DNA from: Escherichia coli
GTDB taxonomy: Bacteria > Pseudomonadota > Gammaproteobacteria > Enterobacterales > Enterobacteriaceae
Length of the DNA: 64,000 nucleotides
Assembly: GCF_003018115.1 (NCBI RefSeq)
Contig: NZ_CP027457.1
Strand: one strand, 5' to 3'
Shown here in pieces: positions 11,172-20,822 of this stretch (position 1 is its first letter; every line of letters begins with the position of its first letter). A model generated the notes under the pieces. That model searched no databases. It was not told the DNA's origin and saw only the letters and a program-made list of their open reading frames with translations. The position numbers were made by a program, and so were the translations under genes.

Positions 11172-11552
11172 ATGCCGCACTTTATCGTGGAATGTACTGA
11201 AAATATTCGTGAAGAAGCCCGCTTACCTGAGCTGTTTGCCAGTGTTAACACTGCACTGGCGGCAACGGGGATTTTTCCGCTTGGGGGAATACGTAGCCGG
11301 GCGCACTGGATCGATACCTGGCAAATGGCTGATGGCAAGCACGATTACGCCTTTGTGCATATGACGCTAAAAATCGGCAGCGGACGCAGTCTGGAAAGCC
11401 GTCAGGAAGTAGGCGAAATGCTGTTTGATCTGATTAAAACGCACTTCGCCTCACTGATGGAGAGCCGTTACCTGGCGCTTTCATTTGAGATTGCAGAGCT
11501 GCACCCGACGTTGAATTTCAAACAGAACAACGTACACGCGTTGTTTAAATAA
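11172..11552 (+). CDS. hpaF: 5-carboxymethyl-2-hydroxymuconate isomerase
   Basis: 126-aa ORF; position and size match HpaF. Confidence 0.85.
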   Translation: MPHFIVECTENIREEARLPELFASVNTALAATGIFPLGGIRSRAHWIDTWQMADGKHDYAFVHMTLKIGSGRSLESRQEVGEMLFDLIKTHFASLMESRYLALSFEIAELHPTLNFKQNNVHALFK

Positions 11553-11619
11553 ATTTGCACCAGCTTCCAGGCCGGATGATAAGGCGCAGCCGCATCCGGC
11601 AATGCCACAGGATATCGCT

Positions 11620-12423
11620 ATGTTCGATAAACACACCCACACCCTGATCGCCCAGCGTCTGGATCAGGCAGAAAAACAGCGCGAACAGATCCGCGCGATC
11701 TCGCTGGATTACCCGGAGATCACCATCGAAGACGCTTACGCGGTGCAGCGCGAATGGGTTCGCCTGAAAATAGCCGAAGGCCGTACGCTGAAAGGCCACA
11801 AAATCGGACTGACCTCGAAAGCGATGCAGGCCAGCTCACAGATCAGCGAACCAGATTACGGTGCATTGCTGGACGACATGTTCTTCCACGATGGCAGCGA
11901 TATCCCGACCGATCGCTTTATCGTACCGCGCATTGAAGTGGAGCTGGCTTTTGTGCTGGCAAAACCGCTGCGTGGGCCAAACTGCACGCTGTTCGACGTT
12001 TACAACGCCACGGACTATGTGATCCCGGCGCTGGAGCTGATCGACGCTCGCTGCCACAACATCGATCCGGAAACTCAGCGCCCGCGCAAAGTGTTCGACA
12101 CCATTTCTGATAACGCCGCCAACGCCGGAGTGATCCTCGGAGGTCGTCCGATCAAACCAGACGAACTGGATCTGCGTTGGATCTCCGCCCTCATGTATCG
12201 CAATGGCGTGATTGAAGAAACCGGCGTCGCCGCTGGCGTGCTGAATCACCCGGCAAACGGCGTGGCCTGGCTGGCGAACAAACTCGCACCGTATGACGTA
12301 CAACTGGAAGCCGGGCAAATCATTCTCGGTGGTTCGTTTACCCGCCCGGTTCCGGCGCGTAAGGGCGACACCTTCCACGTCGATTACGGCAACATGGGCT
12401 CCATTAGCTGCCGCTTTGTTTAA
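11620..12423 (+). CDS. hpaH: 2-oxo-hept-3-ene-1,7-dioate hydratase
   Basis: Translation from [14 protein letters not shown] (267 aa); start chosen at the second Met of the ORF-track entry. Confidence 0.85.
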   Translation: MFDKHTHTLIAQRLDQAEKQREQIRAISLDYPEITIEDAYAVQREWVRLKIAEGRTLKGHKIGLTSKAMQASSQISEPDYGALLDDMFFHDGSDIPTDRFIVPRIEVELAFVLAKPLRGPNCTLFDVYNATDYVIPALELIDARCHNIDPETQRPRKVFDTISDNAANAGVILGGRPIKPDELDLRWISALMYRNGVIEETGVAAGVLNHPANGVAWLANKLAPYDVQLEAGQIILGGSFTRPVPARKGDTFHVDYGNMGSISCRFV

Positions 12424-12433
12424 GGAGAGAACG

Positions 12434-13222
12434 ATGGAAAACAGTTTTAAAGCGGCGCTGAAAGCAGGCCGTCCGCAGATTGGATTATGGCTGGGGCTGA
12501 GCAGCAGCTACAGCGCGGAGTTACTGGCCGGAGCAGGATTCGACTGGTTGTTGATCGACGGTGAGCACGCACCGAACAACGTACAAACCGTGCTCACCCA
12601 ACTACAGGCGATTGCGCCCTACCCCAGCCAGCCGGTGGTACGTCCGTCGTGGAACGATCCGGTGCAAATCAAACAACTGCTGGATGTCGGCACACAAACC
12701 TTACTGGTGCCGATGGTTCAAAACGCTGACGAAGCCCGTGAAGCGGTACGCGCCACCCGTTATCCCCCCGCCGGTATTCGCGGTGTGGGCAGTGCGCTGG
12801 CTCGCGCCTCGCGCTGGAATCGCATTCCTGATTACCTGCAAAAAGCCAACGATCAAATGTGCGTGCTGGTGCAGATCGAAACGCGTGAGGCAATGAAGAA
12901 CTTACCGCAGATTCTGGACGTGGAAGGGGTCGACGGCGTGTTTATCGGCCCGGCGGATCTGAGCGCCGATATGGGTTATGCCGGTAATCCGCAGCACCCG
13001 GAAGTACAGGTCGCCATTGAGCAGGCGATCGTGCAGATCCGCGAAGCGGGTAAGGCGCCGGGGATCCTGATCGCCAATGAGCAACTGGCAAAACGCTATC
13101 TGGAACTGGGCGCGCTGTTTGTCGCCGTCGGCGTTGACACCACCCTGCTCGCCCGCGCCGCCGAAGCGCTGGCAGCACGGTTTGGCGCGCAGGCTACAGC
13201 GATTAAGCCCGGCGTGTATTAA
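12434..13222 (+). CDS. hpaI: 4-hydroxy-2-oxo-heptane-1,7-dioate aldolase (HpcH/HpaI class II aldolase)
   Basis: Translation from [19 protein letters not shown] (262 aa) with AGGAGA 7 nt upstream; the ORF-track entry 12293..13222 starts upstream inside hpaH. Confidence 0.85.
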   Translation: MENSFKAALKAGRPQIGLWLGLSSSYSAELLAGAGFDWLLIDGEHAPNNVQTVLTQLQAIAPYPSQPVVRPSWNDPVQIKQLLDVGTQTLLVPMVQNADEAREAVRATRYPPAGIRGVGSALARASRWNRIPDYLQKANDQMCVLVQIETREAMKNLPQILDVEGVDGVFIGPADLSADMGYAGNPQHPEVQVAIEQAIVQIREAGKAPGILIANEQLAKRYLELGALFVAVGVDTTLLARAAEALAARFGAQATAIKPGVY

Positions 13223-13223
13223 T

Positions 13224-13351
13224 GCCGGATGCGCTGCGCTTATCCGGCCTACACTCGCACCAAATCGTAGGCCTGATAAGGCGTTACGCCGCATCAGGCA
13301 AAAAGCCGTACCAAATCGCGGACCGGATAAGGCGTTTACGCCGCATCCGCC
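13224..13351. repeat. Cluster of three REP (BIME-type) elements between hpaI and hpaX
   Basis: GCCGGATGCGCTGCGCTTATCCGGCCTAC, GTAGGCCTGATAAGGCGTTACGCCGCATCAGGC and CGGACCGGATAAGGCGTTTACGCCGCATCCGCC read directly. Confidence 0.75.
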
Positions 13352-13396
13352 ATAAACCTTGTCGTACCCTACAAAAATCCCATTAGAGGAAGAAAA

Positions 13397-14773
13397 ATGA
13401 GCGACACCTCACCTGCCATACCGGAGAGTATCGATCCGGCGAATCAGCATAAAGCGCTGACTGCCGGACAACAGGCGGTTATTAAGAAGTTGTTTCGCCG
13501 CCTGATCGTCTTTCTGTTCGTGCTGTTTATCTTCTCGTTCCTTGATCGCATCAACATCGGCTTTGCCGGACTCACGATGGGACGCGACCTCGGTCTGAGC
13601 GCCACCATGTTTGGCCTCGCCACCACCCTGTTCTACGCCGCTTATGTCATCTTCGGCATTCCCAGCAACATTATGCTGAGTATTGTCGGTGCGCGACGCT
13701 GGATCGCCACCATCATGGTACTTTGGGGCATCGCCTCTACTGCCACCATGTTTGCCACTGGCCCCACCAGCTTGTACGTACTGCGTATACTGGTTGGCAT
13801 TACCGAAGCCGGCTTTCTGCCCGGTATTCTGCTCTATTTAACCTTCTGGTTTCCGGCCTACTTCCGCGCCCGTGCCAACGCCTTGTTTATGGTGGCAATG
13901 CCGGTAACGACAGCGTTGGGATCGATCGTTTCCGGCTACATTTTGTCGCTGGATGGCGTAATGGCATTAAAAGGCTGGCAGTGGCTGTTTTTGCTGGAAG
14001 GCTTCCCGTCGGTATTACTCGGCGTCATGGTGTGGTTCTGGCTTGATGACTCACCGGACAAAGCTAAGTGGCTGACGAAAGAAGACAAAAAATGCCTGCA
14101 AGAGATGATGGATAACGATCGTCTGACGCTGGTTCAGCCAGAGGGAGCCATCAGCCACCATGCCATGCAACAACGCAGCATGTGGCGGGAGATCTTCACT
14201 CCGGTGGTGATGATGTATACCCTGGCGTATTTCTGCCTGACCAACACACTTAGTGCGATCAGCATCTGGACACCGCAGATCCTGCAAAGCTTTAATCAGG
14301 GCAGCAGTAATATCACCATCGGCCTGCTGGCCGCCGTACCGCAGATTTGTACCATTCTCGGGATGATCTACTGGAGCCGTCACTCAGATCGCCGCCAGGA
14401 ACGAAGGCATCACACCGCCCTTCCTTATTTGTTCGCTGCCGCTGGTTGGTTACTGGCTTCGGCAACTGATCACAACATGATCCAGATGCTGGGGATCATT
14501 ATGGCTTCGACCGGATCATTCAGCGCAATGGCGATTTTCTGGACAACACCGGATCAGTCCATCAGCCTGCGGGCACGAGCGATCGGTATTGCGGTGATCA
14601 ACGCCACTGGCAACATTGGTTCAGCATTAAGTCCGTTTATGATCGGCTGGTTGAAAGATCTGACCGGCAGCTTTAACAGTGGATTGTGGTTTGTTGCCGC
14701 GCTGCTGGTGATTGGTGCAGGGATTATCTGGGCAATTCCAATGCAGTCCTCCCGTCCGCGAGCGACCCCGTAA
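13397..14773 (+). CDS. hpaX: 4-hydroxyphenylacetate permease (MFS)
   Basis: 458-aa polytopic membrane ORF within the hpa cluster. Confidence 0.85.
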   Translation: MSDTSPAIPESIDPANQHKALTAGQQAVIKKLFRRLIVFLFVLFIFSFLDRINIGFAGLTMGRDLGLSATMFGLATTLFYAAYVIFGIPSNIMLSIVGARRWIATIMVLWGIASTATMFATGPTSLYVLRILVGITEAGFLPGILLYLTFWFPAYFRARANALFMVAMPVTTALGSIVSGYILSLDGVMALKGWQWLFLLEGFPSVLLGVMVWFWLDDSPDKAKWLTKEDKKCLQEMMDNDRLTLVQPEGAISHHAMQQRSMWREIFTPVVMMYTLAYFCLTNTLSAISIWTPQILQSFNQGSSNITIGLLAAVPQICTILGMIYWSRHSDRRQERRHHTALPYLFAAAGWLLASATDHNMIQMLGIIMASTGSFSAMAIFWTTPDQSISLRARAIGIAVINATGNIGSALSPFMIGWLKDLTGSFNSGLWFVAALLVIGAGIIWAIPMQSSRPRATP

Positions 14774-14782
14774 GGAACGACG

Positions 14783-15673
14783 ATGTGTGACCGTCAGATT
14801 GCCAATATTGATATCAGCAAAGAGTACGATGAAAGCCTGGGCACGGACGATGTGCATTATCAGTCGTTCGCCCGCATGGCGGCATTTTTTGGCCGCCATA
14901 TGCTGCCACATCGCCACGAACAGTACTTTCAGATGCATTTCCTCAATAGCGGACAGATTGAGCTACAGCTTGACGATCATCGCTACTCGGTGGAAGCGCC
15001 CCTGTTTGTCCTGACGCCGCCGTCAGTACCTCATGCGTTTATTACGGAGTCTGACGCCGACGGTCATGTGTTGACGGTACGGGAAGATCTGATCTGGCCC
15101 CTGCTGGAAGTTCTTTATCCAGGCACTCGGGAAACCTTCGGCCTGCCGGGGATTTGCCTGTCACTGGCAGATAAACCCGACGAACTGGCGGCGCTGGAAC
15201 ACTATTGGCAACTGATAGAGCGGGAATCGGTGGAACAACTGCCTGGACGGGAACACACCCTGACGTTACTGGCACAGGCAGTGTTCACCCTACTGCTGCG
15301 TAACGCAAAACTCGACGATCATGCCGCCAGCGGAATGCGCGGAGAATTAAAACTGTTCCAGCGTTTTCATATGCTGATTGAAAGCCATTTTCATCAGCAC
15401 TGGACAGTACCAGATTACGCTAACGAACTGCATATCACCGAATCACGCCTCACGGACATCTGCCGCCGCTTTGCCAACCGTCCGCCAAAACGGTTGATTT
15501 TCGACAGGCAGCTGCGAGAAGCCAAACGGCTGCTGCTGTTTTCTGATAACGCCGTGAACAATATTGCCTGGCAACTCGGTTTTAAGGATCCGGCTTATTT
15601 TGCGCGCTTTTTTAATCGCTTAGTCGGTTGCTCGCCCAGTGCTTATCGCGCCAAAAAAGTACCTGTGACGTGA
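14783..15673 (+). CDS. hpaA: AraC/XylS-family activator of hpaBC
   Basis: 296-aa ORF with C-terminal AraC-type HTH (…DPAYFARFFNRLVGCSPSAYR…); immediately upstream of hpaBC. Confidence 0.85.
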   Translation: MCDRQIANIDISKEYDESLGTDDVHYQSFARMAAFFGRHMLPHRHEQYFQMHFLNSGQIELQLDDHRYSVEAPLFVLTPPSVPHAFITESDADGHVLTVREDLIWPLLEVLYPGTRETFGLPGICLSLADKPDELAALEHYWQLIERESVEQLPGREHTLTLLAQAVFTLLLRNAKLDDHAASGMRGELKLFQRFHMLIESHFHQHWTVPDYANELHITESRLTDICRRFANRPPKRLIFDRQLREAKRLLLFSDNAVNNIAWQLGFKDPAYFARFFNRLVGCSPSAYRAKKVPVT

Positions 15674-15923
15674 AAATCCCTTAGCCTTAACGGGAAACCA
15701 GGCATCACCTGCTATTCCCCTTTCTCCGCCTGGAGCAAGGGGATTTAGTAACGTTAAAAATCGCTAAAAGCGACCTCGATCACAAAACCGTACCCGACCT
15801 GAAAAGTACCAGCCATTGTCCCAAAAGTCTCTTCCCGTAATCGCCCCTGCAAGCTTCAATTGAATAACAAAAACAACACACAAAATTAACAATCGTATTC
15901 CGATTAATACTGTAGAGGTCGAC

Positions 15924-17486
15924 ATGAAACCAGAAGATTTCCGCGCCAGTACCCAACGTCCGTTCACCGGGGAAGAGTATCTGAAAAGCCTGCAGGATGG
16001 TCGCGAGATCTATATCTACGGCGAGAGAGTGAAAGACGTCACCACTCATCCGGCATTTCGTAATGCGGCAGCGTCTGTTGCCCAACTGTACGACGCGCTA
16101 CACAAACCGGAGATGCAGGACTCTCTGTGTTGGAACACCGACACCGGCAGCGGCGGCTATACCCATAAATTCTTCCGCGTGGCGAAAAGTGCCGACGACC
16201 TGCGCCAGCAACGCGATGCCATCGCTGAGTGGTCACGCCTGAGCTATGGCTGGATGGGCCGTACCCCAGACTACAAAGCTGCTTTCGGTTGCGCACTGGG
16301 CGCGAATCCGGGCTTTTACGGTCAGTTCGAGCAGAACGCCCGTAACTGGTATACCCGTATTCAGGAAACTGGCCTCTACTTTAACCACGCGATTGTTAAC
16401 CCACCGATCGATCGTCATTTGCCGACCGATAAAGTGAAAGACGTTTACATCAAGCTGGAAAAAGAGACTGACGCCGGGATTATCGTCAGCGGTGCGAAAG
16501 TGGTTGCCACCAACTCGGCGCTGACTCACTACAACATGATTGGTTTCGGCTCGGCACAAGTGATGGGCGAAAACCCGGACTTCGCACTGATGTTCGTTGC
16601 GCCAATGGATGCCGATGGCGTGAAATTAATCTCCCGCGCCTCTTATGAGATGGTCGCGGGTGCTACCGGCTCGCCGTACGACTACCCGCTCTCCAGCCGC
16701 TTCGATGAGAACGATGCGATCCTGGTGATGGATAACGTACTGATCCCTTGGGAAAACGTGCTGATCTACCGCGATTTCGATCGCTGCCGTCGCTGGACGA
16801 TGGAAGGCGGTTTTGCCCGTATGTATCCGCTGCAAGCCTGTGTGCGCCTGGCAGTGAAACTCGACTTCATCACGGCACTGCTGAAAAAATCACTCGAATG
16901 TACCGGCACCCTGGAGTTCCGTGGTGTGCAGGCCGATCTCGGTGAAGTGGTGGCGTGGCGCAACACCTTCTGGGCATTGAGTGACTCGATGTGTTCAGAA
17001 GCGACGCCGTGGGTCAACGGGGCTTATTTACCGGATCATGCTGCACTGCAAACCTATCGCGTACTGGCACCAATGGCCTACGCGAAGATCAAAAACATTA
17101 TCGAACGCAACGTTACCAGTGGCCTGATCTATCTCCCTTCCAGTGCCCGTGACCTGAACAATCCGCAGATCGACCAGTATCTGGCGAAGTATGTGCGCGG
17201 TTCGAACGGTATGGATCACGTCCAGCGCATCAAGATCCTCAAACTGATGTGGGATGCCATTGGCAGCGAATTTGGTGGTCGTCACGAGCTGTATGAAATC
17301 AACTACTCCGGTAGCCAGGATGAGATTCGCCTGCAATGTCTGCGCCAGGCACAAAGCTCCGGCAATATGGACAAGATGATGGCGATGGTTGATCGCTGCC
17401 TGTCGGAATACGACCAGAACGGCTGGACTGTGCCGCACCTGCACAACAACGACGATATCAACATGCTGGATAAGCTGCTGAAATAA
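15924..17486 (+). CDS. hpaB: 4-hydroxyphenylacetate 3-monooxygenase, oxygenase component (FADH2-dependent)
   Basis: 520-aa ORF MKPEDFRASTQRPFTGEEYLKSLQDGREIYIYGERV...; matches HpaB as recalled. Confidence 0.9.
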   Translation: MKPEDFRASTQRPFTGEEYLKSLQDGREIYIYGERVKDVTTHPAFRNAAASVAQLYDALHKPEMQDSLCWNTDTGSGGYTHKFFRVAKSADDLRQQRDAIAEWSRLSYGWMGRTPDYKAAFGCALGANPGFYGQFEQNARNWYTRIQETGLYFNHAIVNPPIDRHLPTDKVKDVYIKLEKETDAGIIVSGAKVVATNSALTHYNMIGFGSAQVMGENPDFALMFVAPMDADGVKLISRASYEMVAGATGSPYDYPLSSRFDENDAILVMDNVLIPWENVLIYRDFDRCRRWTMEGGFARMYPLQACVRLAVKLDFITALLKKSLECTGTLEFRGVQADLGEVVAWRNTFWALSDSMCSEATPWVNGAYLPDHAALQTYRVLAPMAYAKIKNIIERNVTSGLIYLPSSARDLNNPQIDQYLAKYVRGSNGMDHVQRIKILKLMWDAIGSEFGGRHELYEINYSGSQDEIRLQCLRQAQSSGNMDKMMAMVDRCLSEYDQNGWTVPHLHNNDDINMLDKLLK

Positions 17487-17503
17487 CGCAGCAGGAGGTT
17501 AAG

Positions 17504-18016
17504 ATGCAATTAGATGAACAACGCCTGCGCTTTCGTGACGCGATGGCCAGCCTGTCGGCAGCGGTAAATATTATCACCACCGAGGGCGACGCCGGACAAT
17601 GCGGGATTACGGCAACGGCCGTCTGCTCGGTCACGGATACCCCTCCGTCGCTGATGGTGTGCATTAACGCCAACAGTGCGATGAACCCGGTTTTTCAGGG
17701 CAACGGCAAGTTGTGCGTCAACGTCCTCAACCATGAGCAGGAACTGATGGCGCGCCACTTCGCGGGCATGACGGGCATGGCGATGGAAGAGCGTTTTAGC
17801 CTCTCGTGCTGGCAAAAAGGTCCGCTGGCGCAGCCGGTGCTAAAAGGTTCGCTGGCCAGTCTTGAAGGTGAGATCCGCGATGTGCAGGCGATTGGCACAC
17901 ATCTGGTGTATCTGGTGGAGATTAAAAACATCATCCTCAGTGCAGAAGGTCACGGACTTATTTACTTTAAACGCCGTTTCCATCCGGTGATGCTGGAAAT
18001 GGAAGCTGCGATTTAA
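17504..18016 (+). CDS. hpaC: 4-hydroxyphenylacetate 3-monooxygenase, NADH:flavin reductase component
   Basis: 170-aa ORF 17 nt after hpaB; flavin reductase-like domain. Confidence 0.9.
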   Translation: MQLDEQRLRFRDAMASLSAAVNIITTEGDAGQCGITATAVCSVTDTPPSLMVCINANSAMNPVFQGNGKLCVNVLNHEQELMARHFAGMTGMAMEERFSLSCWQKGPLAQPVLKGSLASLEGEIRDVQAIGTHLVYLVEIKNIILSAEGHGLIYFKRRFHPVMLEMEAAI

Positions 18017-18022
18017 GCTCCA

Positions 18023-18056
18023 GCCCCTTCACGCATTCGTCGAAGGGGCATTTTTA
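18023..18056 (+). terminator. Rho-independent terminator after hpaC
   Basis: GCCCCTTC-acgcattcgtc-GAAGGGGC followed by ATTTTT. Confidence 0.6.
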
Positions 18057-18101
18057 TTGTGATCTCAATCACATATCCACCCGACGAATAATTCTTGCCC
18101 A

Positions 18102-18129
18102 ACCGCTCACCGCCATTCCTGACCGCTTA
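18102..18129. promoter_or_regulatory. Direct repeats ACCGCTCA ... ACCGCTTA (12-nt spacer) upstream of btsT; candidate BtsR (YehT) LytTR-type binding site
   Basis: Repeats read directly about 280 bp upstream of the btsT start; assignment rests on the recalled BtsR motif ACC[GA]CT[CT]A. Confidence 0.45.
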
Positions 18130-18408
18130 CATCCCTAAAATAACCACTCAGTTATTTACCTTACTTTACGCGCGCGTATCTCTGGCAACATCACTGCAGG
18201 ATAGCGGTCAATTTACCTCCTCAAACGCAACGCAAACCTAGAACGGCTTCGGCCTATGATTAACAAATTACTCTATGGATTTTGGTTTGCAGGAAGGCAG
18301 CAAGTGAGTGAATCCCCGGGAGCTTACAACAGTAAGTGACAGGGGTGAACGAACGCAGCTGCCGCACCTGTAAGCCAAAAGACGACGAGTAAAATGCCAG
18401 GTTTTACT

Positions 18409-20559
18409 ATGGATACGAAAAAACTATTCAAGCACATACCCTGGGTGATTCTCGGAATCATCGGTGCATTCTGCCTCGCGGTAGTTGCATTACGTCGGGG
18501 GGAGCACGTCAGCGCCCTGTGGATCGTGGTCGCCTCTGTGTCGGTGTATCTGGTGGCGTATCGCTACTACAGTCTGTACATCGCCCAGAAGGTGATGAAA
18601 CTCGACCCCACGCGCGCGACGCCTGCGGTTATTAACAACGACGGTCTGAACTACGTTCCGACCAACCGTTACGTGTTGTTTGGTCACCACTTCGCCGCTA
18701 TCGCCGGTGCTGGTCCGCTGGTTGGTCCGGTTCTCGCCGCGCAGATGGGCTACCTGCCTGGCACGCTGTGGCTGCTGGCGGGGGTAGTGCTGGCCGGTGC
18801 GGTACAGGACTTTATGGTGCTGTTTATCTCCTCTCGCCGTAACGGCGCATCTCTCGGTGAGATGATCAAAGAAGAGATGGGACCAGTACCGGGGACTATC
18901 GCGCTGTTTGGCTGTTTCTTAATCATGATCATCATCCTCGCCGTTCTGGCGCTGATTGTGGTTAAAGCCCTGGCCGAAAGTCCGTGGGGTGTCTTCACCG
19001 TTTGCTCAACCGTACCAATTGCGCTGTTTATGGGTATCTATATGCGCTTTATTCGTCCGGGGCGTGTGGGTGAAGTCTCTGTCATTGGTATCGTGCTGCT
19101 GGTTGCCTCTATCTACTTCGGTGGCGTGATTGCTCACGATCCGTACTGGGGTCCGGCACTGACCTTTAAAGACACCACCATTACCTTCGCGCTGATTGGC
19201 TATGCGTTTGTTTCCGCACTGCTGCCGGTGTGGCTGATCCTCGCACCACGCGACTATCTGGCAACCTTCCTGAAAATCGGCGTTATCGTCGGCCTGGCGC
19301 TGGGTATCGTGGTGCTGAACCCGGAACTGAAAATGCCTGCGATGACCCAGTACATTGACGGTACTGGCCCGCTGTGGAAAGGCGCTCTGTTCCCGTTCCT
19401 GTTCATCACCATCGCCTGTGGTGCGGTATCTGGCTTCCACGCACTGATCTCTTCCGGTACGACGCCGAAACTGCTGGCTAATGAAACCGACGCGCGTTTC
19501 ATCGGTTATGGCGCAATGCTGATGGAGTCCTTCGTGGCGATTATGGCGCTGGTTGCTGCGTCCATCATCGAACCAGGTCTTTACTTCGCGATGAATACCC
19601 CGCCTGCTGGCCTTGGCATCACCATGCCTAACCTGCATGAAATGGGTGGCGAGAACGCGCCGATCATCATGGCGCAGTTGAAAGACGTTACCGCACACGC
19701 GGCGGCGACCGTCAGCTCCTGGGGCTTCGTGATTTCGCCAGAGCAGATCCTGCAAACCGCGAAAGACATTGGTGAGCCTTCTGTCCTGAACCGTGCAGGT
19801 GGTGCGCCGACGCTGGCGGTAGGTATCGCTCACGTGTTCCACAAAGTGCTGCCGATGGCTGACATGGGCTTCTGGTATCACTTCGGTATTCTGTTCGAAG
19901 CACTGTTCATCCTGACCGCGCTGGATGCGGGTACCCGTTCTGGCCGCTTTATGTTGCAAGACCTGCTGGGTAACTTCATCCCGTTCCTGAAAAAAACCGA
20001 CTCTCTGGTTGCCGGTATCATCGGTACTGCGGGCTGTGTGGGTCTGTGGGGCTACCTGCTGTATCAGGGCGTGGTCGATCCGCTGGGCGGCGTTAAGAGC
20101 CTGTGGCCGTTGTTCGGTATCTCCAACCAGATGCTGGCAGCCGTGGCGCTGGTACTGGGTACCGTTGTGCTGATTAAGATGAAGCGCACCCAATACATCT
20201 GGGTAACTGTTGTTCCGGCTGTATGGCTGCTTATCTGCACCACCTGGGCACTGGGTCTGAAACTGTTCAGCACCAACCCGCAGATGGAAGGCTTCTTCTA
20301 CATGGCAAGCCAGTACAAAGAGAAGATTGCTAACGGTACTGACCTGACGGCGCAGCAGATTGCCAACATGAACCACATCGTTGTGAACAACTACACCAAC
20401 GCAGGTCTGAGTATTCTGTTCCTGATTGTGGTGTACAGCATCATCTTCTACGGTTTCAAAACCTGGCTGAAGGTGCGTAACAGCGACAAACGTACTGACA
20501 AAGAAACACCGTACGTTCCAATCCCGGAAGGCGGCGTGAAGATCTCTTCGCACCACTAA
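18409..20559 (+). CDS. btsT: Pyruvate/H+ symporter, CstA family
   Basis: Translation from MDTKKLFKHIPWVILGIIG... (716 aa), many TM segments; start placed at the second Met of the ORF-track entry. Confidence 0.9.
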   Translation: MDTKKLFKHIPWVILGIIGAFCLAVVALRRGEHVSALWIVVASVSVYLVAYRYYSLYIAQKVMKLDPTRATPAVINNDGLNYVPTNRYVLFGHHFAAIAGAGPLVGPVLAAQMGYLPGTLWLLAGVVLAGAVQDFMVLFISSRRNGASLGEMIKEEMGPVPGTIALFGCFLIMIIILAVLALIVVKALAESPWGVFTVCSTVPIALFMGIYMRFIRPGRVGEVSVIGIVLLVASIYFGGVIAHDPYWGPALTFKDTTITFALIGYAFVSALLPVWLILAPRDYLATFLKIGVIVGLALGIVVLNPELKMPAMTQYIDGTGPLWKGALFPFLFITIACGAVSGFHALISSGTTPKLLANETDARFIGYGAMLMESFVAIMALVAASIIEPGLYFAMNTPPAGLGITMPNLHEMGGENAPIIMAQLKDVTAHAAATVSSWGFVISPEQILQTAKDIGEPSVLNRAGGAPTLAVGIAHVFHKVLPMADMGFWYHFGILFEALFILTALDAGTRSGRFMLQDLLGNFIPFLKKTDSLVAGIIGTAGCVGLWGYLLYQGVVDPLGGVKSLWPLFGISNQMLAAVALVLGTVVLIKMKRTQYIWVTVVPAVWLLICTTWALGLKLFSTNPQMEGFFYMASQYKEKIANGTDLTAQQIANMNHIVVNNYTNAGLSILFLIVVYSIIFYGFKTWLKVRNSDKRTDKETPYVPIPEGGVKISSHH

Positions 20560-20567
20560 CCGTGTTT

Positions 20568-20596
20568 AGCCCCGCTTCGGCGGGGCTTTGTTCTTA
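20568..20596 (+). terminator. GC-rich hairpin followed by TTGTTCTT between btsT and yjiX; terminator or attenuator
   Basis: AGCCCCGC-ttcg-GCGGGGCT then a T-rich stretch; yjiX follows only about 20 bp later. Confidence 0.4.
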
Positions 20597-20608
20597 TCAG
20601 AGTGAACT

Positions 20609-20812
20609 ATGTTTGGTAACTTAGGACAGGCAAAAAAATATCTCGGCCAGGCGGCGAAGATGTTGATTGGCATTCCAGACTACGACAACTACGTCGAGCA
20701 TATGAAGACCAACCATCCCGACAAGCCGTACATGAGCTATGAAGAATTCTTCCGCGAACGCCAGAACGCGCGCTACGGCGGCGATGGTAAAGGCGGTATG
20801 CGCTGTTGTTAA
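20609..20812 (+). CDS. yjiX: Small DUF466-family protein downstream of btsT
   Basis: 67-aa ORF; size, position and recalled YjiX identity. Confidence 0.75.
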
Positions 20813-20822
20813 TGGAGAGAGC

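Noticed and set aside
13224-13351. Possible mobile element or insertion scar between hpaI and hpaX
   Set aside because: The sequences are canonical REP/BIME palindromes, not IS terminal inverted repeats; no transposase ORF is present.
6721-18400. Integrase, tRNA or IS boundaries of the hpa island
   Set aside because: No integrase-like or transposase-like ORF, tRNA gene or long direct repeat was found at either boundary; the island has no recognisable mobility machinery in this window.
19006-20556. 516-aa minus-strand ORF
   Set aside because: Lies entirely antisense within btsT, whose product has a clear CstA-like transporter sequence; the antisense frame is Arg/His/Gln-rich low-complexity text typical of a spurious ORF in GC-rich coding DNA.
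20739-20822. Upstream extension of yjiA from the ORF-track start at 20739
   Set aside because: It would overlap most of yjiX in another frame; the P-loop N-terminus MNPIAVTLLTGFLGAGKTT with the ATG at 20823 is the natural start.
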